From positions 5,748,549 to 5,780,548 of the forward strand of contig CBDCCO010000007.1 in assembly GCA_965214845.1 (NCBI GenBank): a stretch of DNA of 32,000 nucleotides. Reading direction: 5' to 3'. The translations under genes and the position numbers were made by a program. Below are positions 16,176 through 24,208 of the stretch, in pieces; the first letter of the stretch is position 1, and each line of letters begins with the position of its first letter. Below the pieces are notes generated by a model, which saw only the letters and a list, made by a program, of their open reading frames with translations, was not told where the DNA came from and ran no database searches. Origin of the DNA: Vicinamibacterales bacterium (GTDB taxonomy: Bacteria; Acidobacteriota; Vicinamibacteria; Vicinamibacterales; UBA8438).

Positions 16176-17387
16176 TCAACGCTGCAGCGGGTCGGCCTCG
16201 TCACCCGACTCGGCGAAGCCGCCGCCGAATCCGCCGCAGGCGGTGGTGCCGCCGGCGATGCACAGGCTCGCCGGATCCGGGCCGCGCCCCTCCTCGAAGG
16301 CACGCTCGCCGGCCCGCGCGCCGGCGAGCAGCCCCGGCAGGCCGTAGTTGCCCTCGTGGCAGCGGGGCTCCCTGTAGATGCGGTTCGCCCGGTTGTCCTG
16401 CAGGCTCAGCTCGAGGGTGACCGTCCACGGCCGCACCCACGTGGTCGGATCCTCCATCGTGGCGACGTACTCGATCGTCTCGGCGTCGATCCGCCGCCAG
16501 CGCTCGACCACGTGCAGGTTCTCGCGCGCGCCGTAGAAGTCGGTCTTGGCGCTGAAGTTGGTCACGTCGACCACCAGCGTGTCGCCCTCCCAGCGGCCGC
16601 GCGAGTCCCCCCACCACTGGCGCACGTCGGGCGGCAGGTGCGGCCGGTCGGTCACCGGGATGACGCGCTGCCAGCCCTGCCCCTGGCCGGTGTCGTAGAA
16701 GATCGAGACCGTGCCGGGCGCCTGCACCACCTGCAGGAAGAACCCGGTGGAGCCGCCGAAGTCGGGCAGGCGCGCGCCGATGCAGCGCTCCGACAGGCTG
16801 CGGTCCTCGGGCCCGTAGGCGCGGTTCGAGTTGCGGGTCAGGTAGTGCGGCGCCGGCTCCTCCCAGCGCGGCGACCGCGGTCCGTACGGCGGACAGCCCG
16901 GCCGGCTCTCCCGGCAGGCGTCGGTGGACCGCAGGAGGGCCTGGTGGTACTCGTTCATCTCGTCCCGCCGCGCCTGCACCTCCGGCGTGACGGCCGGCAA
17001 CTGCCCGTCCGGCGGGTCGATGATGAGCGAGGTCCGCTCGCCGAGATGCTTGTGGGTGAGGAAGATGGACGCGTCGTAGGCGCCGCCGACGTCCTGCTCG
17101 CTGCCCGGCTCCGAACGCCGCGTGCCCAGCAGCCGCGCGCGCTCGCTGTCGATGGCGGCCCGTTCCTCCTCCGTGAAGAACTCGCGGTCGGCGTAGCGCG
17201 CCGGCCGCTCGAGCGGCGTGTCGTAGTTCGTCGTCCAGATCCCCTGCAGGTCCGGATCGCCCCACGCGGTGCGGAGCCCGGCGCCGGGCGCCTGTCCCTC
17301 GATCGTGGCCGAAGCCAGTTGCAGCAGCACGATCACGGCCGCAAGGACCGTCAGCACGCCGGTCAGCTCGATGACTCGTCTCTTCAT
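16176..17387 (-). CDS. Secreted hypothetical protein, paralog family copy 4 (longer, with a Gly/Cys-rich C-terminal tail)
   Basis: Start at ATG 17387 with a GGAGG Shine-Dalgarno sequence. Motifs: 'WGDPDLQGIW', 'SLIIDPPDGQLP', 'GPEDRSLSERC', 'RQWWGDSRGRWEGDTLVVDVTNF', 'LHVVERWRR' and 'RCHEGNY'. Confidence 0.85.
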   Translation of the reverse strand: MKRRVIELTGVLTVLAAVIVLLQLASATIEGQAPGAGLRTAWGDPDLQGIWTTNYDTPLERPARYADREFFTEEERAAIDSERARLLGTRRSEPGSEQDVGGAYDASIFLTHKHLGERTSLIIDPPDGQLPAVTPEVQARRDEMNEYHQALLRSTDACRESRPGCPPYGPRSPRWEEPAPHYLTRNSNRAYGPEDRSLSERCIGARLPDFGGSTGFFLQVVQAPGTVSIFYDTGQGQGWQRVIPVTDRPHLPPDVRQWWGDSRGRWEGDTLVVDVTNFSAKTDFYGARENLHVVERWRRIDAETIEYVATMEDPTTWVRPWTVTLELSLQDNRANRIYREPRCHEGNYGLPGLLAGARAGERAFEEGRGPDPASLCIAGGTTACGGFGGGFAESGDEADPLQR

Positions 17388-17430
17388 CTCGAACCTCCAC
17401 ACCCAACCAACTCCGCTGATCTCCTCGCCG

Positions 17431-18351
17431 TCACTGGCCCAGCTCGTCGTAGATGGCCTGCACGGCGCGGTCCACGCCGGCCAGATCGTAGTCGGGGTAG
17501 CGCGGCTGCAGCTCCAGGCCGGCGACTGCCTCGTCCACGCTGCGGCCGGCCTCGAAGGCCGCCCGCGCGGCGCCGAGCAGGTCGCGCGTGAACCCCGCGT
17601 ACTCCCGGAAGTCGTCCCAGGTCGTCCAGCCGCGCACGGGGCTGCCCGTCGGCGGCGGCGCGTGTCCGGGCATCACGCGCTCCACGTCCGCGATCCCCGC
17701 CAGGGCGCTCGCCAGGGTCTCCGGGTAGGCCACGCCGCTGCCCCCGTTCGCCCGATCGATGAACGGCGGCGCCTTGCGCGGGAACAGGTCGCCGACGTGC
17801 GCCGTGGCGAGCCCCGGAAAGACCACGATCGTGTCGCCGTTCGTGTGCGCCGGACCGAAGTGGTAGAGGTCGATCCGGTCCCGGCCCTCGAAGAGCGACA
17901 GGCTGTCGCGATACGTCTCGTTCGGCAGGAAGCGGGCGTTGTCGCCGGCGAACACCTCGGAGCCGGCCATCGCCGTCCCGGCGTTCTCGTGCGCGGCGAT
18001 GCGGACCACGTCCGAAAAATGGGGATTGCTGCCGGTATGGTCGCCGTGCGCGTGCGTGTTGATGAGGGTGGTGATCGGCTCGTCGGTCACCGCGCGCACC
18101 GCGTCGAGAATGGCCGGTCCCCAGCCCGGGTTCTTCGTGTCGACGAGCACGACGCCGTGGTCGTCGGTCACGAGCATCGCCGTGTGGCCGCCGCCGCCGC
18201 TGACGAGGTACAGGTTCTCCGCGACGCCCATCGACTGGACGGTCACCGAGCGCCGTTCCTGCGCCGCCTGGCTGCCGGCGACGGCCGCCGTGAGCAGGCC
18301 GGCCAGCAGCAGGCCGGGCGCCGCCGCCCGTCTCAGGTGCATTCGTCTCAT
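17431..18351 (-). CDS. MBL-fold metallo-hydrolase (secreted)
   Basis: The C-terminal 306 aa of track ORF 17431..19608, with the start placed at ATG 18351, followed by a signal peptide. Motifs: 'INTHAHGDHTGSN' (HxHxDH) and 'GPAHTNGD'. Confidence 0.85.
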   Translation of the reverse strand: MRRMHLRRAAAPGLLLAGLLTAAVAGSQAAQERRSVTVQSMGVAENLYLVSGGGGHTAMLVTDDHGVVLVDTKNPGWGPAILDAVRAVTDEPITTLINTHAHGDHTGSNPHFSDVVRIAAHENAGTAMAGSEVFAGDNARFLPNETYRDSLSLFEGRDRIDLYHFGPAHTNGDTIVVFPGLATAHVGDLFPRKAPPFIDRANGGSGVAYPETLASALAGIADVERVMPGHAPPPTGSPVRGWTTWDDFREYAGFTRDLLGAARAAFEAGRSVDEAVAGLELQPRYPDYDLAGVDRAVQAIYDELGQ

Positions 18352-18356
18352 GCCGC

Positions 18357-19496
18357 CTAGTTTGCCACGGATCCGGACGGGGCTCCCAGGCCGCGGTAGA
18401 CGAACTTCTGCACGCGGCTGCCCGGATTCGATTCCGCCACGTAGAGATTCCCGCTCGAATCCGCCGCCAGGTGGTGGATGCCCCGGAACTGGCCGGGGCC
18501 GTCGCCCTCGCTGCCGAACGCATCGAGGATCGCGAGCGCCCGGCGCTCGACCACCACGACGCGCGAGTTGAAGTCGGCGACGTACAGGAAGCGCTGCTCC
18601 GCGTCGGGCGAGAACGCCACGCGCGACGCCGACCGCCGCGACGGCGCGGCGCGATTGATGAACAGCTGGGTCCGGTACGTGCCGTCGAGCGCGAACACCT
18701 GGATCCGCCGGTTGTCCCGATCGCAGACGTAGACCAGCCCGTCGTCCGCGACCGTGACGCAGTGGACCGCCGTGACCTGCAGCGGCGGATTGGTGAACTG
18801 GTCCGGCCCCCGACCCGTCGCGTCCAGCGGCTCGTCCTCCGCCGCGGCCGGCGCTGCGTCCGGCGGAATTCCGAACCCGCCCCACATCCGCTTGAAGGCG
18901 CCGGTGTCCGCGTCGAAGACGATGACGCGCCGGTTGCCGTAGCCGTCGGCCACCAGCAGCTCGTTGGTCGCACCGTGCACGAACTGGTCGGCCGGCTGGT
19001 GGAGGTTGCCGGTGTCCGCGTTGCCGGCGCTCGCCCCGCGGCGTCCGATCTGCAGCAGCAGGGTGCCGTTGGCGGTGAACTTGAGCAGCATGTCGTCGGC
19101 CGGCGGCTCTCCCGACCGGCCGCCGACCCACACGTTGTCCTTGTAGTCGACGAAGATGCCGTGCGCGATCGCCGGCCACTCGTAGCCGTCGCTGGGTCCG
19201 CCCCAGCCCTGCAGGTAGCGGCCCGCCGCGTCGAACTCGAGCACCGCCGGGCCGCTCTCGGGCCGGTGCAGGATCCAGACGTGATCCTGGCGGTCGACCG
19301 CGACCGAGGTGACCTCGCCCATGCTCACCGTGTCGGGAATGGCCGGCCACCCGGGATCCACCTCGAACCGCGGCACCTGCCCGGCGGGCTGGTTCCGGGC
19401 GGCCGCCGCCCGTTCGAGCGCGGCCTGACCCAAGGCCAGCGCGGCGAGAAGGGCCAGCAGCACCCCGGCGGCGACGACGTGACGGTTGGCGCCCAT
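18357..19496 (-). CDS. NHL-repeat / six-bladed beta-propeller protein (PAL-like)
   Basis: The C-terminal 379 aa of track ORF 18357..20690, with the start placed at ATG 19496, followed by a signal anchor. Repeated blades include 'LLVADGYGNRRVIVFD', 'VYVCDRDNRRIQVF' and 'LYVAESNPGSRVQKF'. The gene ends 5 nt before the MBL start. Confidence 0.8.
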   Translation of the reverse strand: MGANRHVVAAGVLLALLAALALGQAALERAAAARNQPAGQVPRFEVDPGWPAIPDTVSMGEVTSVAVDRQDHVWILHRPESGPAVLEFDAAGRYLQGWGGPSDGYEWPAIAHGIFVDYKDNVWVGGRSGEPPADDMLLKFTANGTLLLQIGRRGASAGNADTGNLHQPADQFVHGATNELLVADGYGNRRVIVFDADTGAFKRMWGGFGIPPDAAPAAAEDEPLDATGRGPDQFTNPPLQVTAVHCVTVADDGLVYVCDRDNRRIQVFALDGTYRTQLFINRAAPSRRSASRVAFSPDAEQRFLYVADFNSRVVVVERRALAILDAFGSEGDGPGQFRGIHHLAADSSGNLYVAESNPGSRVQKFVYRGLGAPSGSVAN

Positions 19497-19694
19497 ACGC
19501 TCCCTCCCCGGGACGACTGCCAGTGTAGCAGTCCGTGCCCGACGCCTCACGATATTCCCGGCGTACGGGAACCCGCGGGCTGGGAGTACAATGCCACGCG
19601 GCCCGCAACTCGGCGGGCCGGAGCGATGATCCGACGAGGTTCGCGCGCCCTTCGCCGCCGCGATCCCCATGCGCAAGACCGGAGGAGGCGAGAC

Positions 19695-21719
19695 ATGACC
19701 CGGCGCTCCCCGACGCACGGCCGCGCCCTGCTGCCCTGCCTGGTCCTCGCCGCGATCGTCGCGGCCGGCTCGGCTCCGGCGCGCGCCCAGGGCGGCTCCG
19801 ACGCGGGCGAGTGGCACTCCTGGGGCGGCAACGCGCAGTTCACGCGCTACTCGCCGCTGGACCGGATCGCGCCGCACAACGTGGCGGATCTGCGGGTGGC
19901 CTGGCGCTGGCAGACGGCCGACCGCGAGCTGCAGCAAGCGAACCCCCTGTGGCGCGCCGGCCGCAACGAGGACACGCCGCTCATGGCGAACGGCGTGTTG
20001 TACACCGTCACGGGGCTGGGCCTGATTGCCGCGCTCGATCCGGCGACGGGCGAGACGCGCTGGGTGCACGACCCGCGGAGCTACGAGCAGGGCCGCTGGG
20101 GCGCCGTGGGATTCATCCAGCGCGGGCTGGCGTACTGGACCGACGGCACCGAGGAGCGCGTGCTGGTCGGCACCATCGACGCCCATCTCGTCTCGCTGGA
20201 CGCGCGCACCGGGCAGCCCGACGAGGCGTTCGGCGACGGAGGGCGGGTCGACCTGCTGGTCGGCGTGCCGCGCACGAGCCGCGACGCGCGGCACGTGGCC
20301 GCCCGGCGGCCGCTGGTGGCCGGCGACGTGGTGGTCATCGGCAGCTCGATCTCGGACCGGCCGGCCAACCGCGAGATGCCGCCGGGCTCGGTGCACGCCT
20401 ACGACGTGCGCAGCGGCCGCCGGCTGTGGACGTTCTACACGGTACCGCGCGAGTTCGAGGCGGGCTACGAGACGTGGCTCAACGGCTCGGCGGAATACTC
20501 CGGCAACGCCAACGTGTGGGCCGGCATGGCCTACGACCCCGAGCTCGACTACGTCTACCTGCCCACGTCGACGCCGACGAACGACTACTACGGCGGCCAG
20601 CGGCCCGGCGACAACCTCTTCGCCGAGAGCCTCGTCTGCCTGGAGGCGCGGACCGGCCGTCGGGTCTGGCACTTCCAGGCCGTGCACCACGGCCTGTGGG
20701 ACTACGACTTCGCGTCGACCCCCGTGCTGGCCGACATCACCGTCGACGGCCGGCCGATCAAGGCGGTCATCCAGGCCAGCAAGCAGGCGTTCGCCTACGT
20801 GTTCGACCGCGCGACCGGCGAGCCCGTGTGGCCGATCGAGGAGCGTCCGGTGCCGGAATCGACGGTGCCCGGCGAGTGGACGGCGCCGACCCAGCCCTTC
20901 CCCACCCGGCCGCCGCCGTTCGATCTGCAGGGCGCCACCGAGGAGAACCTGATCGACTTCACGCCGGAGCTAAGACAGCGGGCGCTGGCGCAGCTGAGGC
21001 AGTTCGACCACGGGCCGCTCTTCACGCCGCCGTCGCTGCGCGGCACGCTGATACTGCCCGGCATCGTCGGGGGCGCGAACTGGCCCGGCGGGGCGTTCGA
21101 CACCGAGACGGGCCTCTTCTACGTGGCGTCGCGCATGAACCCGTCGCTCGTCGTGGTGTCGCCGGTCGATGCCGCGCGCTCCAACCTGCAGTACCGCGGG
21201 CAGGCGGGCGGGCCCGGCCAGGGCGGCGTGGGCGGCGTGGCCGACGCGGCGAGCCGCATGACGGTCGACGGCCTGCCGCTGTTCAAGCCGCCGTACTTCC
21301 GGGTCACCGCCATCGACATGAGCACGGGGGAGCAGCGCTGGACGGCGCCGCTCGGCAACGGGCCGCTCGACCACCCGCTGCTGCGGGACCTGGACCTCGG
21401 GCCGCTCGGCGGCGACTATCACCGGGGCAGTGTGCTCGTCACGAAGGGCCTGCTGTTCGTCAGCATGTCGGCGGTGCACTCGCAGGGCGTCCCGCAGCGC
21501 GCGGCCTGGTCGGACTGGGCCGATCCGGACGACGAGCTGAACCTGCTCTACGCGTTCGACAAGCTGTCGGGCGAGCTGCTGCACACCATCCAGCTCGACG
21601 GCTTCTCGGCCGCCGCGCCGCTGACGTACGCGCACGAGGGCCGGCAGTACGTCGTCGTGGCGACAGGCTCCGGCCCCGACTCGGCAGTCGTCGCCCTTAG
21701 CCTGCCCGAGGAGGAGTAG
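19695..21719 (+). CDS. PQQ-dependent dehydrogenase (glucose/quinate/shikimate-like family)
   Basis: I place the start at ATG 19695 (GGAGGAGG Shine-Dalgarno sequence and a signal peptide) within the 1082-aa track ORF. Motifs: 'RPGDNLFAESLVCLEARTGRRVWHFQAVHHGLWDYD' and 'ALDPATGETRW'. The C-terminal propeller blade reads 'GRQYVVVATG'. Confidence 0.85.
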   Translation: MTRRSPTHGRALLPCLVLAAIVAAGSAPARAQGGSDAGEWHSWGGNAQFTRYSPLDRIAPHNVADLRVAWRWQTADRELQQANPLWRAGRNEDTPLMANGVLYTVTGLGLIAALDPATGETRWVHDPRSYEQGRWGAVGFIQRGLAYWTDGTEERVLVGTIDAHLVSLDARTGQPDEAFGDGGRVDLLVGVPRTSRDARHVAARRPLVAGDVVVIGSSISDRPANREMPPGSVHAYDVRSGRRLWTFYTVPREFEAGYETWLNGSAEYSGNANVWAGMAYDPELDYVYLPTSTPTNDYYGGQRPGDNLFAESLVCLEARTGRRVWHFQAVHHGLWDYDFASTPVLADITVDGRPIKAVIQASKQAFAYVFDRATGEPVWPIEERPVPESTVPGEWTAPTQPFPTRPPPFDLQGATEENLIDFTPELRQRALAQLRQFDHGPLFTPPSLRGTLILPGIVGGANWPGGAFDTETGLFYVASRMNPSLVVVSPVDAARSNLQYRGQAGGPGQGGVGGVADAASRMTVDGLPLFKPPYFRVTAIDMSTGEQRWTAPLGNGPLDHPLLRDLDLGPLGGDYHRGSVLVTKGLLFVSMSAVHSQGVPQRAAWSDWADPDDELNLLYAFDKLSGELLHTIQLDGFSAAAPLTYAHEGRQYVVVATGSGPDSAVVALSLPEEE

Positions 21720-21766
21720 CCCCCGTGTGGTACCGGAGGGGCCACCAGCGCCCTCGTCCCGGTGGC

Positions 21767-21854
21767 CCAAGCCGCGCACGGCGCGGCTCGGCGGGAGCGG
21801 CGCGGGGCGAAGGGGCCCCCGCAAGCGGACGCCGGGGGCTTGGGGCGCAGCCCC
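21767..21854. repeat. Structured GC-rich intergenic repeat element, copy B
   Basis: Hairpin ccaagccgcgc-acg-gcgcggctcgg (one A-C mismatch, plus one compensatory G:C to C:G swap relative to copy A). It is followed by a 63-bp segment (21792-21854) near-identical to 16108-16169. Confidence 0.8.
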
Positions 21855-21900
21855 ATCTGGAGGAGGCCGACGCCGGGGGCTTGGGGCGCAGCCCCATCTG
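21828..21900. repeat. Tandem duplication of a 32-bp unit (gacgccgggggcttggggcgcagccccatctg), 41-bp period
   Basis: Perfect copies lie at 21828-21859 and 21869-21900. Each contains the ggggc-gca-gcccc mini-hairpin. The repeat lies just upstream of the Shine-Dalgarno sequence and start of the cyclase-family gene. Confidence 0.85.
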
Positions 21901-21916
21901 AATCTGGAGGAGTGAG

Positions 21917-22887
21917 ATGAGAACCGGAGTCGCTTGTCTGACGGCGGTGCTCCTGGCGGGTCTGGCGCTCCACACCGGCCGCGCGCAGTCCGACCACGAG
22001 GTGACGCGCGCCGAGTACGACCGCTGGAAGACCGAGCTGTCGAACTGGGGGCGCTGGGGCGCGGACGACGAGATCGGCACGCTGAACCTGATCACGCCCG
22101 CCAAGCGCCGCGAGGCCGCCGCGCTGGTGCGCGACGGCGTGTCCGTGTCGCTGTCGCTCGACCTCGACACCGAACCGGCGGTCGACAACGGCAGCCCGTT
22201 CGTCCAGGAGATCTACGGCCTCGGCGGCGACGGGTGGCACATCCGCTACCACGGCTACGGCATGACGCACATCGACGCGCTGGCCCACGTCTTCGACGAC
22301 GGGGCGACTACAACGGCTACGTCCCGGACGAGGCGGAGGTGCTGGCGAACGGGCATCCGCGCAGCTCGATCCACAACCTCAAGCACGGCATCGTCACGCG
22401 CGGCGTGCTGATGGACATCCCGCGGCTCAAGGGCGTGGACTATCTCGAGCCGGGCACGGCCATCTACCCCGAGGACCTCGAGGCCTGGGAGCGGCAGGCC
22501 GGGTTCAGGGTGTCCGCCGGCGACGCGATGTTCGTGCGCACGGGACGCTGGGTCCGCCGCGCGCGGATGGGCCCCTGGCCCATCGCCGAGCAGGCGGCCG
22601 GACTTCACGTCTCCTGCCTGCCGTGGCTGCGGGAGCGCGACGTGGCGCTGCTCGGCGGCGAGTCGCCGCAGGACGTCGAGCCGATGGTCGGGGGTCCGGG
22701 CGTCCAGTACGCGCTGCACAACTTCCTGATCATCCGCCTGGGGATGCACCTGTTCGACAATGTCGACCTGACCGCGCTGAGCGAGACGGCGGCGGAGCTC
22801 GACCGCTGGGAGTTCATGCTCACCGTCGCGCCGCTGGCGGTGCGCGGCGGGACCGGTTCCGCCGTCAACCCGATCGCGACGTTCTGA
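21917..22887 (+). pseudogene. Cyclase-family (kynurenine-formamidase-like) protein, frameshifted near 22301-22306
   Basis: The N-terminal part, with a signal peptide and 'HGYGMTHIDALAHVFDDG', is in the frame of ATG 21917. The remainder ('DYNGYVPDE...VLMDIPR...GDAMFVRTG...') is in the frame of track ORF 21934..22887. The junction lies at the G-run gacggggcgac, consistent with loss of 1 nt. Confidence 0.7.
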
Positions 22888-22905
22888 CGTCCGGAGGAGG
22901 GTTGC

Positions 22906-23841
22906 TTGCGCAGAGCCAGCGTCGGACTGACGTTGATCGGCGTCCTCCTGCTGCCGGCCGCGGCGGCCGCGCAGACGGGCGCGGACGCCGCCGGCGTCCC
23001 GCGCACCCCCTGGGGCGCGCCGGATCTCATGGGGTACTGGACGTACGACACCACGACGCCCCTGCAGCGCCCCGCGGAGCTGGCGGGCAGGGAGGTGCTC
23101 ACCCCGGCCGAGGCGGCCGCGTTCCTCGACGCGCGCTACGCCAGCATCGGCCGCGAGCGCGCCCTGCAGCTCAACGCGGACTGGTGGGTGCCCGGGGATC
23201 TGACGGGCGGCCGCACGGCGTTGATCGTCGATCCGCCGGACGGCCGGATCCCCCCGCGGACGGCCGCCGGGCGGGCGCGGCTCGCGGCGCTCGCGCCGCC
23301 GCTGAGAAGCCGCTCGGCGGACGGACCCGAGGACCGCGAGCGGTACGAGCGCTGCATCATGGGCCGCTCGATCCCGATGGAGGCCCGGCCCGCGCCGCGC
23401 CTGTTCCAGGTCTTCCAGACGGCGGACCACGTGGTCCTGCTCAACGAGCAGAACTTCGAGATCCGCATCATTCCGCTGACCGGCGCCCCGCCGCTTCCCG
23501 CTTCGATCCGCCAGTGGCGCGGCGAGGGACGCGGGCGCTGGGACGGCGACACCCTGGTCATCGAGACCACCAACTTCAACGGCAAGTGGACGCTGCACGG
23601 CGCCGGTCCGGAGCTGCGGCTCGTCGAGCGGCTCTCGTTCGCGGACCCGGACACGCTGCAGTACGAGTTCACCGTGCACGATCCGGCGTCGTTCACCCGC
23701 CCCTGGACCGTGCAGTTTCCGATCGCGCGCGCGGCCGGGCCGCTCTACGAGTTCGCCTGCCACGAGGGCAACTACAGCCTGCCGCTCATCCTGAGCGGCG
23801 CGCGGGCGGAGGAAGCGGCGGCCGCCGGGGCAGTGCCGTAA
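22906..23841 (+). CDS. Secreted hypothetical protein, paralog family copy 5
   Basis: TTG start 5 nt after a GGAGGAGG Shine-Dalgarno sequence, followed by a signal peptide. Motifs: 'WGAPDLMGYW', 'ALIVDPPDGRIP', 'GPEDRERYERC', 'IRQWRGEGRGRWDGDTLVIETTNF', 'LRLVERLSF' and 'EFACHEGNY'. Confidence 0.8.
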   Translation: MRRASVGLTLIGVLLLPAAAAAQTGADAAGVPRTPWGAPDLMGYWTYDTTTPLQRPAELAGREVLTPAEAAAFLDARYASIGRERALQLNADWWVPGDLTGGRTALIVDPPDGRIPPRTAAGRARLAALAPPLRSRSADGPEDRERYERCIMGRSIPMEARPAPRLFQVFQTADHVVLLNEQNFEIRIIPLTGAPPLPASIRQWRGEGRGRWDGDTLVIETTNFNGKWTLHGAGPELRLVERLSFADPDTLQYEFTVHDPASFTRPWTVQFPIARAAGPLYEFACHEGNYSLPLILSGARAEEAAAAGAVP

Positions 23842-23885
23842 ACGACCGGGCAGCGCAACGGCCGGAAGGATGGATGCGAAGAACC

Positions 23886-23975
23886 CGACCGGCCCTGTGG
23901 ATCGCCTTGGCGATCGCGCGCGCCCGGATGCCGCCATGGTTCATCGACGAGAACATCGGCGTGCAGGGCTTCTGA
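23886..23975 (+). pseudogene. Internal fragment of a paralog of the CxxCH/PHM-like gene (2285..3706)
   Basis: It translates to 'RPALWIALAIARARMPPWFIDENIGVQGF*', compared with 'RPWARSIRNRTQSREMPPWFIDRNIGIQDY' in the intact gene. By hand count, 38 of 45 nt are identical between 23928-23972 and 2552-2596. There is no start codon, signal peptide or CxxCH upstream, and the similarity stops where GC content drops. Confidence 0.7.
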
Positions 23976-24208
23976 TTGGATCGGCTCTCAAAACCGTCAA
24001 AAGAAGGACGCTATTGAGCATCTATCCGTTCGTTTCCCTCGCTGCATTCCTCGTTCAGAAGCGGGCTGCGATAGACCGAGAGCGCCATCGCCGGACGGAC
24101 TGGTCCAGGCCGGCTCGCGTCATCGCCCCCCCCAGGCGCAGCCCGACGAGCCCGCACGGCACCGTGGTAGCATGATTTGGGGCTTGGCGCCCAAGGGATC
24201 ACATAGCA

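Noticed and set aside
15057-21824. Long ORFs 15057..17591+, 14977..15990-, 16201..17406-, 17269..18360+, 17384..18973-, 19535..21700+ and 20970..21824-, plus the N-terminal extensions of 17431..19608-, 18357..20690- and 18471..21719+.
   Set aside because: The same GC-driven artefact applies. The real genes (paralog copies, MBL, NHL, PQQ-DH) start at internal ATGs with Shine-Dalgarno sequences and signal peptides. The upstream extensions are Arg/Gly/Pro-rich and overlap neighbouring genes.
21828-21900. Possible mini-CRISPR array (32-bp repeat, 41-bp period).
   Set aside because: There are only two units with a 9-bp 'spacer' and no cas genes, and the unit is part of a dispersed structured repeat also found at 16083-16169. 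I interpret it as a tandem duplication of a REP-like element.
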